Origin: Deltaproteobacteria bacterium
GTDB taxonomy: Bacteria; Desulfobacterota; GWC2-55-46; UBA9637
Direction: 5' to 3'
Length of the DNA: 45,183 nt
NCBI GenBank assembly: GCA_016200645.1
Contig: JACQEJ010000051.1
Coordinates: forward strand, 1-45,183
The notes beneath the pieces were generated by a model. The model searched no databases. It worked only from the letters and a program-made list of their open reading frames with translations, and was not told where the DNA came from. Positions within the stretch are counted from its first letter, which is position 1. Each line of letters starts with the position of its first letter. Made by a program: the position numbers and the translations under genes. Of the stretch, positions 18,683 to 27,141 are shown one piece after another.

Positions 18683-18700
18683 GGTGAAGTGTCCCTGTGC

Positions 18701-18729
18701 TTGACAAAACAAAATAAGGATGTTATAAA
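18701..18729 (+). promoter_or_regulatory. Sigma70-like promoter: TTGACA, 17 nt, TATAAA
   Basis: -35 at 18701-18706 and -10 at 18724-18729, placed just upstream of the riboswitch. Confidence 0.5.
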
Positions 18730-18744
18730 CGGAAACACAATAAC

Positions 18745-18835
18745 TTTCCGGCGATGGAGTCCGCCGTGAACCATTTGCTTTGGCAAACTGATGACCCATG
18801 CAAAAAAGATAAGCAGGGGTCTTTGTTATTTCGGG
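18745..18835 (+). promoter_or_regulatory. Fluoride riboswitch (crcB RNA motif) with a terminator-like expression platform
   Basis: GGCGATGGAGTCCGCC...AACC...CTGATGACCC matches my memory of the crcB motif (GGCGAUGGnGUUCGCC...CUGAUGA). Then GACCC...GGGGTC followed by TTTGTTATTT. crcB and DUF190 lie immediately downstream. Confidence 0.7.
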
Positions 18836-18844
18836 GATAGTCTT

Positions 18845-19219
18845 ATGCAATTTTTTTATATAGCCTTATTAGGCGCTTTCGGATGCTTGGCGCGTTACTT
18901 CCTTTCAGGATGGTTTTATAATTTGTTAGGCAAAAATTTCCCTTACGGCACCTTCGCTGTAAATATAATAGGCGCTTACTTAATAGGGTTTATTATGGAG
19001 TTCAGTACGCAAAGCGAGCTTATATCTCCGAACTTACGTATAGGCCTTACGATCGGCTTTTTAGGCGGCCTTACAACTTTTTCTACATTCAGCTATGAAA
19101 CTTTACGGTTGCTCGAAGATAGCGAATTGCTGATCGCTTCAATAAATATATTTTCAAGCGTGCTGACATGCCTCTTTTTTACATGGGCCGGAATAGAAAC
19201 CACAAGATATCTATTATGA
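18845..19219 (+). CDS. crcB: Fluoride ion channel CrcB/FluC
   Basis: FGCLARYFLSGW...FPYGTFAVNIIGAYLIGF...GFLGGLTTFSTFSYE. The ATG at 18845 gives the usual length of about 124 aa. The track start 18791 lies inside the riboswitch. Confidence 0.9.
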   Translation: MQFFYIALLGAFGCLARYFLSGWFYNLLGKNFPYGTFAVNIIGAYLIGFIMEFSTQSELISPNLRIGLTIGFLGGLTTFSTFSYETLRLLEDSELLIASINIFSSVLTCLFFTWAGIETTRYLL

Positions 19220-19229
19220 GGAGGTCCCA

Positions 19230-19592
19230 ATGACAAAGTTCGTAGGAGAAAAAGTCTCAATGCGCATTTTTTTGGGCGAAAGCGATAAATACGGCCACAA
19301 ACCTGTGTATGAGGCCTTGGTAGAGCTCTTCAGAAAGGAAGGTTTTTCCGGAGCGACTGTCATACGCGGGATCGCCGGGTTCGGCGCCCACAGCGTTTAT
19401 CATACACATAAGATTTTACGGCTTTCAACTGACCTGCCGATTATCGTTGAGGCGGTAGACGCAAAGGAAAAATTTGATGCGATTATGCCCAAAATAGACG
19501 ACCTTATGAACGGGCACGGCGGAATGATAACCCTTGAGAGCGCAACCGTCATAAGATACACCCACAAAAACGAGAAAATTAAAGGAGCGTAG
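19230..19592 (+). CDS. DUF190 domain protein (commonly co-occurs with crcB)
   Basis: 120 aa. MRIFLGESDKYGHKPVYEALVELFRKEGFSGATVIRGIAGFG. Confidence 0.8.
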   Translation: MTKFVGEKVSMRIFLGESDKYGHKPVYEALVELFRKEGFSGATVIRGIAGFGAHSVYHTHKILRLSTDLPIIVEAVDAKEKFDAIMPKIDDLMNGHGGMITLESATVIRYTHKNEKIKGA

Positions 19593-19605
19593 CCTGATAC
19601 GCCGA

Positions 19606-20790
19606 ATGGAGAACAGAAAATTTTTCGGTTTCGGACGGAATGTGTTTGTGGCTGGACTTGTGAGCTTTTTTATGGACATAAGTTCAGAGATGATATACCC
19701 GCTGGTGCCCCTCTTCCTTGCGAACATCCTCGGAGTGAATAAATCGGTAATCGGCCTTATAGAAGGCATTGCTGAATCAACGGCAAGCATTCTAAAAGTT
19801 TTTTCTGGCTATTTTTCTGACAGATTGGGAAATCGCAAGTGGCTTACGGCCGCCGGCTACGGGCTGTCTACTTTTAGCAGGCCCATAGTCGCGCTTGCCT
19901 TCAGCTGGCATCAGGTGCTGGTTTTCCGTTTTGTAGACAGGTTCGGGAAAGGCGTCCGCACCGCGCCGCGCGATGCTATCATTGCGGAGTCGAGCGAAAA
20001 GGCATATCTTGGAAGGGCCTTCAGCTTCCACCGTTCAATGGACACAATGGGCGCGGCAGCAGGTCCTGCCCTTGCCTTTTTCTTTCTCGGTATATTCCCG
20101 AACGATTACCGGAAGGTCTTCTGGCTTTCCATCATACCCGGGATAATCGCTGTCCTTTTGATCGTATTTTTTATAACAGAAAAAAAAGCCAACCATAGAA
20201 TCGACCAGGATAGGCCAAAACTTACTTTCAGGCATTTTGACTGGAGGTTCAAGGCCTTTGTTTTGATAGCCGCGGTCTTCGCGTTCGGCAATTCAAGCGA
20301 TGTATTCCTTATACTCAGGGCGGAGCAGGTTGGAATTTCGGCTTCCGTGATCCCTCTGGTTTACCTGTTGTTTAATCTCATATATTCATTATCATCCATA
20401 CCCGCAGGCATGGCCGCTGACAGGTTCGGGAAAAAGAGGATTATACTGGCGGGCTTTATTCTATTCGCATTCCTGTATTACGGGTTTGCGGTTGCTGTAA
20501 GCGCAAAGGCGATATGGGTTCTCTTCTCTCTCTACGGGGTTTTTATGGGGCTTACGGAAGGAATTCAGAAGGCGTTTCTCGCCGCGATAATACCGGCCGA
20601 ATTTAAAGCGACCGCATTTGGCGTCTATAATACCGCCGTAGGGCTGGCGATGTTTCCGGCCAGCCTCATAGGAGGTTGGCTATGGGATAATATCTCTCCG
20701 GCCTCCACCTTTTATTTCGGCGCAATTACGGCCTCCGTATCGGCTGTGTTTTTTGCCGTATTTATAGCGGCCGTAAGGATAAAATCTTAG
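19606..20790 (+). CDS. MFS transporter
   Basis: 394 aa and roughly 12 predicted TM helices. SDRLGNRKW and ADRFGKKR loop motifs (MFS signature-like). Confidence 0.8.
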   Translation: MENRKFFGFGRNVFVAGLVSFFMDISSEMIYPLVPLFLANILGVNKSVIGLIEGIAESTASILKVFSGYFSDRLGNRKWLTAAGYGLSTFSRPIVALAFSWHQVLVFRFVDRFGKGVRTAPRDAIIAESSEKAYLGRAFSFHRSMDTMGAAAGPALAFFFLGIFPNDYRKVFWLSIIPGIIAVLLIVFFITEKKANHRIDQDRPKLTFRHFDWRFKAFVLIAAVFAFGNSSDVFLILRAEQVGISASVIPLVYLLFNLIYSLSSIPAGMAADRFGKKRIILAGFILFAFLYYGFAVAVSAKAIWVLFSLYGVFMGLTEGIQKAFLAAIIPAEFKATAFGVYNTAVGLAMFPASLIGGWLWDNISPASTFYFGAITASVSAVFFAVFIAAVRIKS

Positions 20791-20927
20791 TTTCCCAAGT
20801 GTTGCGCTTCCTTATTGAACTCTGGGTTATTAAAAAAGGAATTATGTGTTATAATAAAAACCAAAGCGGCGGTTTAAGCTATAAGGAGATAGGCATTCTC
20901 TTCACTCATCAGCCTTAACCCATCTAT

Positions 20928-21968
20928 ATGCCATTGAGCGACACTCTGGGCCACGATAGGGAAATAGGGATTCTCAGGAAGGCTATTTCCAATAAGAGGA
21001 TAGCCCATTCATTCTTATTTGTTGGACCACATGGCATCGGCAAGCGGTTTACTGCGGTTTCGCTTGCAAAGGCGCTCAACTGTTCTGCCCTGAGCGATGA
21101 TTTTTGCGGGGAATGTCAAAATTGCAGGGATATAGATAATTCCTCCTATGGCGATGTTTTTATTATTGAGCCGAGAGAGCCTGAATCAAAAGGCGGGGAA
21201 GTAGACCATGAAACCGGCATAATAAAAATAGATGCTGTAAGAGATGTGCAGCAAAGGCTGTCTTACAGGGCTGTCAGGGGCGGCAAGAAGATATGCATAG
21301 TGGATGGCGCGGAAAAGATGAACAAGGAGGCTCAGAACGCCTTTCTCAAGACGCTTGAAGAACCGCCGCCCGATTCCGTTATAATATTGATCGTCAGTGA
21401 CGGGACTGTCCTTTTGCCAACCATAATCTCCCGGTGCCAAAGGATAAATTTCAGGCCGCTGCCGCGAAATATTATGGTCGGAATAGTCAGAAAAAAGATT
21501 GAGCTTACGCATAAAGAACGATTGGCTGTAAATGATGAGACTGCCGCGCTTCTGTCTTCTTTAAGCGGAGGGAGCGTTGGAAAGGCGCTGGGCTGGGATA
21601 TAGAATCAATGCTTGAACAAAGGAAAAAGATTGTAGAAATGCTGCCGCGGCTTTCTTTGACGGACATGGAAGGGCTTTTTAAGGCGGCGGAAGAGATATC
21701 TAAAGGCGATAGGCCTGTGGAATCTCTGGAGTTTTTAAAGATGTGGTATAGAGATATGGCGGTAGTAAAACAAGGCGGGGAGGATATGATTATAAACTCC
21801 GATATTCTGCCGGTTTTAAAGCAGCATGCCGGAGGTAAAACATTTGACCGGCTTGCGAACGGTTTCAAGCTCATCCATCAGGCCCAGATGGATATTATGC
21901 CGCCGCAATATGCAAATAAACAGTTGACTGTTGAAAATTTGTTGATGCAGTTAGCTTATAACAGGTAG
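20928..21968 (+). CDS. holB: DNA polymerase III delta-prime subunit
   Basis: 346 aa. RIAHSFLFVGPHGIGKRFTAVSLAKALNC, a Cys-rich zinc module, and NAFLKTLEEPP. Confidence 0.85.
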   Translation: MPLSDTLGHDREIGILRKAISNKRIAHSFLFVGPHGIGKRFTAVSLAKALNCSALSDDFCGECQNCRDIDNSSYGDVFIIEPREPESKGGEVDHETGIIKIDAVRDVQQRLSYRAVRGGKKICIVDGAEKMNKEAQNAFLKTLEEPPPDSVIILIVSDGTVLLPTIISRCQRINFRPLPRNIMVGIVRKKIELTHKERLAVNDETAALLSSLSGGSVGKALGWDIESMLEQRKKIVEMLPRLSLTDMEGLFKAAEEISKGDRPVESLEFLKMWYRDMAVVKQGGEDMIINSDILPVLKQHAGGKTFDRLANGFKLIHQAQMDIMPPQYANKQLTVENLLMQLAYNR

Positions 21969-22039
21969 CTGATAGCTCATGGCTCAGAGTTCATAGCTGA
22001 TAGTAAATACTATGAGCCATGAGCTATCAGCTATGAACT
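21967..22039. repeat. Palindromic array of AGCTSAT heptamers with two mutually exclusive perfect stems
   Basis: Stem A is 21967-21986 with 22013-22032 (20 bp perfect). Stem B is 21988-22003 with 22024-22039 (16 bp perfect). The element starts at the holB stop codon. Confidence 0.85.
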
Positions 22040-22067
22040 ATGAGCTAAACAACGGAGGTTTTACCCA

Positions 22068-22739
22068 ATGCCGGCAGTAGTAGGCGTGAGATTTAAAAAG
22101 ACGTGCAAGATATATGACTTTGATACCAATAATCTGGAACTTAAGCCGGGCGACCATGTGATTGTTGAGACAGAAAAGGGCATGGGTATGGGGCGGGTTG
22201 CGCGCGGTCCGGTTGAAAAGGATGAGGCCGGTCTTGTTCAGCCATTAAAAAAGGTAATCCGGAAGGCTGCCGAGAGCGATATGGAAAGGCTTGAATTCAA
22301 CAGAGAAAGGGAAGCTGAGGCGGCTGCTATCTGTAAGCGGGAGATAGCCAAATACGGCCTTTCCATGAAGCTTATCAATGTAGAATATCTTTTTGACTCC
22401 AGCAAGGTGATATTCTCGTTTATTTCCGAAGATAGAGTTGATTTTAGAGATCTGGTCAAAGACCTGGCCAATGAACTCCATACCCGCATAGAGATGCGTC
22501 AGATAGGCGTAAGGGACGAGGCAAAGATGTTGGGAGGGATAGGCCCGTGCGGCAGGATGCTCTGCTGTTCAACGCATCTTGTGGACTTTGAGCCGGTGAG
22601 CGTTAAGATGGCAAAGGAGCAAAATATCTCTCTGAATCCCGCAAAACTCTCCGGTGTATGCGGCAGGCTTATGTGCTGTCTTTCCTACGAGGCTGCGCAG
22701 GGCGGCGCGGCGCCCGATTGCTGCATAAGTCCTATATGA
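22068..22739 (+). CDS. ricT: PSP1 domain protein / RicT (YaaT)-like
   Basis: 223 aa. VGVRFKKTCKIYDFD...GDHVIVETEKGMGMGRV and a Cys-rich C-terminus. The holB-yaaT gene order is conserved. Confidence 0.8.
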   Translation: MPAVVGVRFKKTCKIYDFDTNNLELKPGDHVIVETEKGMGMGRVARGPVEKDEAGLVQPLKKVIRKAAESDMERLEFNREREAEAAAICKREIAKYGLSMKLINVEYLFDSSKVIFSFISEDRVDFRDLVKDLANELHTRIEMRQIGVRDEAKMLGGIGPCGRMLCCSTHLVDFEPVSVKMAKEQNISLNPAKLSGVCGRLMCCLSYEAAQGGAAPDCCISPI

Positions 22740-22757
22740 CTTATAAGACCTATTCCC

Positions 22758-24314
22758 ATGTCGCAAAATAAAAAGACATTTTACATAACAACGCCCATCT
22801 ATTATGTCAATGATGTCCCGCACATAGGCCATGCCTATACCACTATCGCTGCGGACTGTTTTGCGAGGTATAAGAGGCTAAAGGGATACGATGTGTTGTT
22901 TTTGACCGGCACGGACGAGCATGGTCAGAAGGTGGAAAAGGCTGCAAGGGAAGCGAAGGCAAGGCCTATAGAACTCGCAGACAGGGTTGTGAAGAGATTT
23001 AAAGACCTATGGGAAAGACTCAATATATCAAATAACGATTTTATCCGCACAACTGAAGACAGGCATAAAAGGGCTGCTGCCCATCTGTGGCAGAAGGTGA
23101 AAGCAAACGGCGATATCTACCTCGGGGAATACGAAGACTGGTACTGCACGCCGTGCGAGACATTCTGGACAGAAACAAACCTTGTGGACGGCAAATGTCC
23201 TGACTGCAAAAGGCCTGTTGAAAAACTGAAAGAGCCGAGCTATTTTTTCAGAATGGGAAAATATCAGGATGCGCTTATACAACATATTGAGGCGAACCCT
23301 GATTTTATACAGCCTGAGAGTAAAAAGAATGAGATTTTAAGTTTTTTAAAGAAAGAAAAACTGCGCGATTTAAGTATCAGCAGGACATCCTTCTCATGGG
23401 GCATACCTGTCCCTGATGACCCCAGACATGTTATCTATGTCTGGTTTGACGCTCTGACCAACTATCTGACAGCCTCTGGCTTTCCTGAAGGTTCTGAAAC
23501 ATTCAATAGATACTGGAACAATCAGGATGGAGAGGTGCTTCATATTGTTGGCAAGGACATCCTGAGATTTCATACAATCTACTGGCCTGCATTTTTGATG
23601 TCAGCAGGGATAAAACTGCCGACGCGGGTATTTGCCCACGGCTGGTGGACTGTAGAAGGGCAAAAGATGAGCAAGTCCATTGGCAATGTGGTTGACCCGA
23701 ATGAGGTGATAGAAAAATACGGCGTTGACCAGCTCAGGTATTTTCTCTTGCGGGAGGCGCCGTTCGGCAATGACGGAGATTTTTCCGTAGGCGCGCTCAA
23801 GGGGCGGATAAACGGGGATTTGGCGAATGATCTGGGGAATCTGTTAAGCCGGACGCTGACCATGATTGAGAAATATTGCGAAGGTAAAATTCCTTCTTTT
23901 AGCAATAATACCAGCGTAGATATGCAGAGCGAAATGAATATCAAGAACCGTTTCCCTATTGATGTAGACCGTCACATGAACAACCTGCAGTTCCATTTGG
24001 TTTTGTTTGACATATGGTCTGTTATAGGCAGCATGAACAGATATATTGAAGAGGCAGCGCCATGGAAGGTTTACAAAGAAGGAAATAAAACAAAGCTCAA
24101 CAACATACTTTACACCCTATGCGAAGGTTTAAAAATAATTGCAATTTACCTCTACCCCTTCATGCCGACAACCGCCGAAAAAATATGGCGGCAGCTTGGA
24201 TTGAAAAATAATTTTGATGGTATGATTTTGGAGAATGAGGTAAAATGGGGCAAGGATATAAGCGGGACAAAGGTTTGCAAAGGAGAGGTGTTGTTTCCAA
24301 AAATAGAGACTTAA
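22758..24314 (+). CDS. metG: Methionine--tRNA ligase
   Basis: 518 aa. HIGH motif (PHIGHAYT), KMSKS motif and a CxxC...CPDC zinc knuckle. Confidence 0.95.
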   Translation: MSQNKKTFYITTPIYYVNDVPHIGHAYTTIAADCFARYKRLKGYDVLFLTGTDEHGQKVEKAAREAKARPIELADRVVKRFKDLWERLNISNNDFIRTTEDRHKRAAAHLWQKVKANGDIYLGEYEDWYCTPCETFWTETNLVDGKCPDCKRPVEKLKEPSYFFRMGKYQDALIQHIEANPDFIQPESKKNEILSFLKKEKLRDLSISRTSFSWGIPVPDDPRHVIYVWFDALTNYLTASGFPEGSETFNRYWNNQDGEVLHIVGKDILRFHTIYWPAFLMSAGIKLPTRVFAHGWWTVEGQKMSKSIGNVVDPNEVIEKYGVDQLRYFLLREAPFGNDGDFSVGALKGRINGDLANDLGNLLSRTLTMIEKYCEGKIPSFSNNTSVDMQSEMNIKNRFPIDVDRHMNNLQFHLVLFDIWSVIGSMNRYIEEAAPWKVYKEGNKTKLNNILYTLCEGLKIIAIYLYPFMPTTAEKIWRQLGLKNNFDGMILENEVKWGKDISGTKVCKGEVLFPKIET

Positions 24315-24318
24315 AGAC

Positions 24319-24366
24319 CTCAAACCTAAAGGTTTGAGTTACAGTAACTCAAGGCTTTAGCCTTGA
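24319..24366. repeat. Twin hairpins with TAAA and TTTA loops joined by a GAGTTAC-A-GTAACTC palindrome
   Basis: CTCAAACC-TAAA-GGTTTGAG (24319-24338) and TCAAGGC-TTTA-GCCTTGA (24349-24366). Same loop style as the element at 3129-3180. Confidence 0.75.
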
Positions 24367-24382
24367 TAGCACAGGAGATGCC

Positions 24383-24838
24383 ATGAAAAACTTACTGACT
24401 TTATTCATAATGCTTGCCTTTATTTCCGGCTGTTCAAATGGAAATGATAAAATAACGGCAAAGCCTGCTCAGGATAAATCTGTCCGTATCGTGAAACTGA
24501 ATGTGGATAGGGAAGAGGAGGAGAGGCTCCAGAAGGCCGCTGATAAGGGGTATCAGCCGTGGAGAAACAATCCGGTGGATGTTGCCCATGCAGCCCTTGT
24601 CAATGGAGGCGCGAACGTGGCTGTCAAAGACTGCAATCTTCTGTCGGAAAATGGAGACGAGGCGGTGGTTGCTGCCAAGGATAAAAAAGGAGATTATAAG
24701 GTCATTTGCAAAAGGGTTGTAAAAACAGGCGGCATATGGACGGCAACAGAGGTGGAGGTTGCCGAAAGCGAAAACAGCGGCGCCAACGAAATGACGCCTG
24801 AACATATGGACCATGAGCATATGGGGCATGAACATTAA
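24383..24838 (+). CDS. Putative lipoprotein with a His-rich C-terminal tail
   Basis: Lipobox LAFISGC. The C-terminus is MTPEHMDHEHMGHEH. No family recognised. Confidence 0.6.
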   Translation: MKNLLTLFIMLAFISGCSNGNDKITAKPAQDKSVRIVKLNVDREEEERLQKAADKGYQPWRNNPVDVAHAALVNGGANVAVKDCNLLSENGDEAVVAAKDKKGDYKVICKRVVKTGGIWTATEVEVAESENSGANEMTPEHMDHEHMGHEH

Positions 24839-24842
24839 AAGC

Positions 24843-24915
24843 AGGCAAGGGGTAATAGGCGATAGGCAATGGGTAAGAACCTATAGCCATAGCCTCTTGC
24901 CTATAGCCTATTTTT
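24843..24915 (+). terminator. Imperfect long hairpin built from AGGCNAT heptamers and their complement, followed by T5
   Basis: aggcaag (24843-24849) pairs with cttgcct (24896-24902). Internal ataggc/gcctat units pair as well. TTTTT at 24911-24915, directly after the lipoprotein stop. Confidence 0.45.
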
Positions 24916-24938
24916 ATAAGCGTCTGACAACAAATGAC

Positions 24939-24988
24939 TTGTAAAATGACAAGGTTTTTACTATATTATTACTAACAGTATTATTACT
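24939..24988 (+). promoter_or_regulatory. Candidate promoter (TTGTAA, 17 nt, TATATT) overlapped by a direct repeat TATTATTACT x2
   Basis: -35 at 24939-24944 and -10 at 24962-24967. Repeat copies at 24964-24973 and 24979-24988 (15-nt period), upstream of the TonB receptor gene. Confidence 0.35.
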
Positions 24989-25047
24989 GCCGGTTTTTTT
25001 ACAAGCTCAGCGAATGGACTCCCGATTAAAACCTTCGGGGACAAGTT

Positions 25048-27135
25048 ATGAAGAATAAATTCTTTACCCTAAAATACCTTTCTGTCATCCCCGAGCGCTT
25101 CCCAACAATAATCTTCATGGCTGCATCCCTCCTCTTTTTCCCTTTCACATGGGTTGCCAATGCTGAGCCTCAAAAGGATATAGAAAAAAGCGAGCTCCTC
25201 CTCTTTTTTGAGGAAAAGGACCTCATGGTAAAAGGCGCATCCCACATAGAGGAGCCCCTTACAGAGGCCCCTGCAGTGGTCAATATCATCACCCAGGAGG
25301 ATATAAAAATCCTTGGGGCAAGAAATCTCCTTGATGTGCTTTATACCATTCCAGGTTTTTTTGATATACAGGATATAAATGAGCATGTGGCGGCAGGCCG
25401 TGGCGTCTATGCCACATCTACCCATAAGTTTCTCCTCTTAAGAGATGGGCATAGATTAAATGACCCGCTTTTTGAAGATATCATGCCGGAAAATTCTATA
25501 AGCCTTGCAAGCATAAAAAGGATAGAGGTTATGCGGGGCCCAGGGGCAAGCCTCTACGGCAATGCAGCCCTCCTGGGCGTTATCAATATTGTTACCGTAG
25601 ATGAAAAGGAGCCATCAAGGGTATCTGTGGGCGCAGGAAATTTTGGTCAGGAAACCGTTGACCTGATATACAACACCCCCCTTTCTGGAAACAGGCAATT
25701 TCTCTTTTTCTCATCCTTTTATAATTCTGAAGGCGAGAGGATAACACTTGACAGCAGCAGGGATTTTTCAAAAAATGCAGTGTCAGGTGAGCAGGATATT
25801 GATAGAAGGCCGCTAAACTATGACATCGGCATAAAATACAAAGGTGAAGAAACCCTTCTTTCACTTTCAACAAGGCGGGCATCTTATGATACGCCCAGAG
25901 GAAATCTGGGTCAGATACTAACACAAAATGATACCCTTGTAGACCCACAGCAGGATCTTTACAACACACACCTTGATTTTCAGTATATGCCCAAGTGGAA
26001 TGACATAAAATTCAACCTCCGGCACTATCTTGATTACTCCAAGGTTATTACACCGCAGTATAGCGAGGTGTCCAGGAACGCCCTTCCCAATGGCAAGGCG
26101 TTTAACCTGGAACTGGAGGATATGAGGGGAGGCATAGAATACAGCGGCGCCATTGAGCATAGGAACGGAACCGCAATTGTCGGCCTTCAGGCAGAGGCAT
26201 TCAGGCTTCTGGATAGTAAAATAGAGACATCCTTTGATGACCAAACAACCCTGAGAACAAAACAGGGACTGCCTGAAGAGACCGAATGGCTCGGCGCCAT
26301 CTACATACAGGAAAAATATAATCTCATTCAGAATCTCATTTTAAATGGAGGCATAAGGTGGGATTACTATGAGGCCTTCGGCAACTCTATAAATCCGAGG
26401 ATTGCTATAGTCTATAATCCTGCCGGAAGGTTTTATGCAAAGGCTATCTATGCAAAGGCATTTCAGGCGCCCAGCTATTTTTACAGAAAAGAGAATCAAG
26501 GGCTTGGTTATGGGGCGACAACAAAACTTGAACCGGAAAAGATGGATACATACCAGCTGAGTCTTGAAAACTGGTTCAATGATAAGGGCTGGTTCAGGAT
26601 GACTTTTTTTTATAATGAACTCAAAGACCTTATAAGCAGGCCTGCCGGCGCATCTACCTATCAGAACTTTGGAAAGATGACAACAGAGGGGATTGAGACT
26701 GAGGCAAGGGTTGAAGTAAGTTCAGTAACCCTATTTGCAAACCACTCGTATATAAGACCGGTAAAGAGCGATACTGATGCCTCGCTCATCAGGGATGATG
26801 AGCTGATAAATTATCCGTCAAATATTATCAACGGAGGGATAGTGTGGAAATACAATGTCTATCTCTCAGGGAGTTTCTACGCAAGCTGGCATGACGACAT
26901 AAAATCGCCCATCGGGACATCGTCTACAGCATATAGATATGAGCCTGATAATGAAATCCATGAAGCAGCAATCTTTAACCTCGCCATAAATGCCCAGAAT
27001 TTTTATAAAGGTCTTGAGGCAAGCCTCAAGGTGCACAACCTCTTTGATGAAAGAGACTTAAGGGGCGGGACAGTGCTCATCCCATATCCTCAGGAGGGGA
27101 GAAATATCTTTTTTAATATCGGGTATAGGTTTTAA
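25048..27135 (+). CDS. TonB-dependent outer-membrane receptor
   Basis: 695 aa with a signal peptide. Plug-domain motifs (APAVVNIITQEDIKILGARNLLDVLYTIPG; IEVMRGPGASLYG) and a terminal aromatic residue (GYRF). Confidence 0.85.
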   Translation: MKNKFFTLKYLSVIPERFPTIIFMAASLLFFPFTWVANAEPQKDIEKSELLLFFEEKDLMVKGASHIEEPLTEAPAVVNIITQEDIKILGARNLLDVLYTIPGFFDIQDINEHVAAGRGVYATSTHKFLLLRDGHRLNDPLFEDIMPENSISLASIKRIEVMRGPGASLYGNAALLGVINIVTVDEKEPSRVSVGAGNFGQETVDLIYNTPLSGNRQFLFFSSFYNSEGERITLDSSRDFSKNAVSGEQDIDRRPLNYDIGIKYKGEETLLSLSTRRASYDTPRGNLGQILTQNDTLVDPQQDLYNTHLDFQYMPKWNDIKFNLRHYLDYSKVITPQYSEVSRNALPNGKAFNLELEDMRGGIEYSGAIEHRNGTAIVGLQAEAFRLLDSKIETSFDDQTTLRTKQGLPEETEWLGAIYIQEKYNLIQNLILNGGIRWDYYEAFGNSINPRIAIVYNPAGRFYAKAIYAKAFQAPSYFYRKENQGLGYGATTKLEPEKMDTYQLSLENWFNDKGWFRMTFFYNELKDLISRPAGASTYQNFGKMTTEGIETEARVEVSSVTLFANHSYIRPVKSDTDASLIRDDELINYPSNIINGGIVWKYNVYLSGSFYASWHDDIKSPIGTSSTAYRYEPDNEIHEAAIFNLAINAQNFYKGLEASLKVHNLFDERDLRGGTVLIPYPQEGRNIFFNIGYRF

Positions 27136-27141
27136 TGACCA

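Larger units (their letters stand above)
17512..18690 (-). mobile_element. RAYT locus with inverted flanking repeats (domesticated or mobile status unknown)
   Basis: The Y1 transposase gene is bracketed by GGGGTCAAA motifs (plus strand, left) and TTTGACCC motifs (plus strand, right). Confidence 0.5.

Noticed and set aside
18562-18850. Minus-strand ORFs 18562..18786 and 18602..18850
   Set aside because: They run through the 18-mer direct repeat, the promoter and the fluoride riboswitch. The GSKGQSGSKGQ segment is just the translated repeat.
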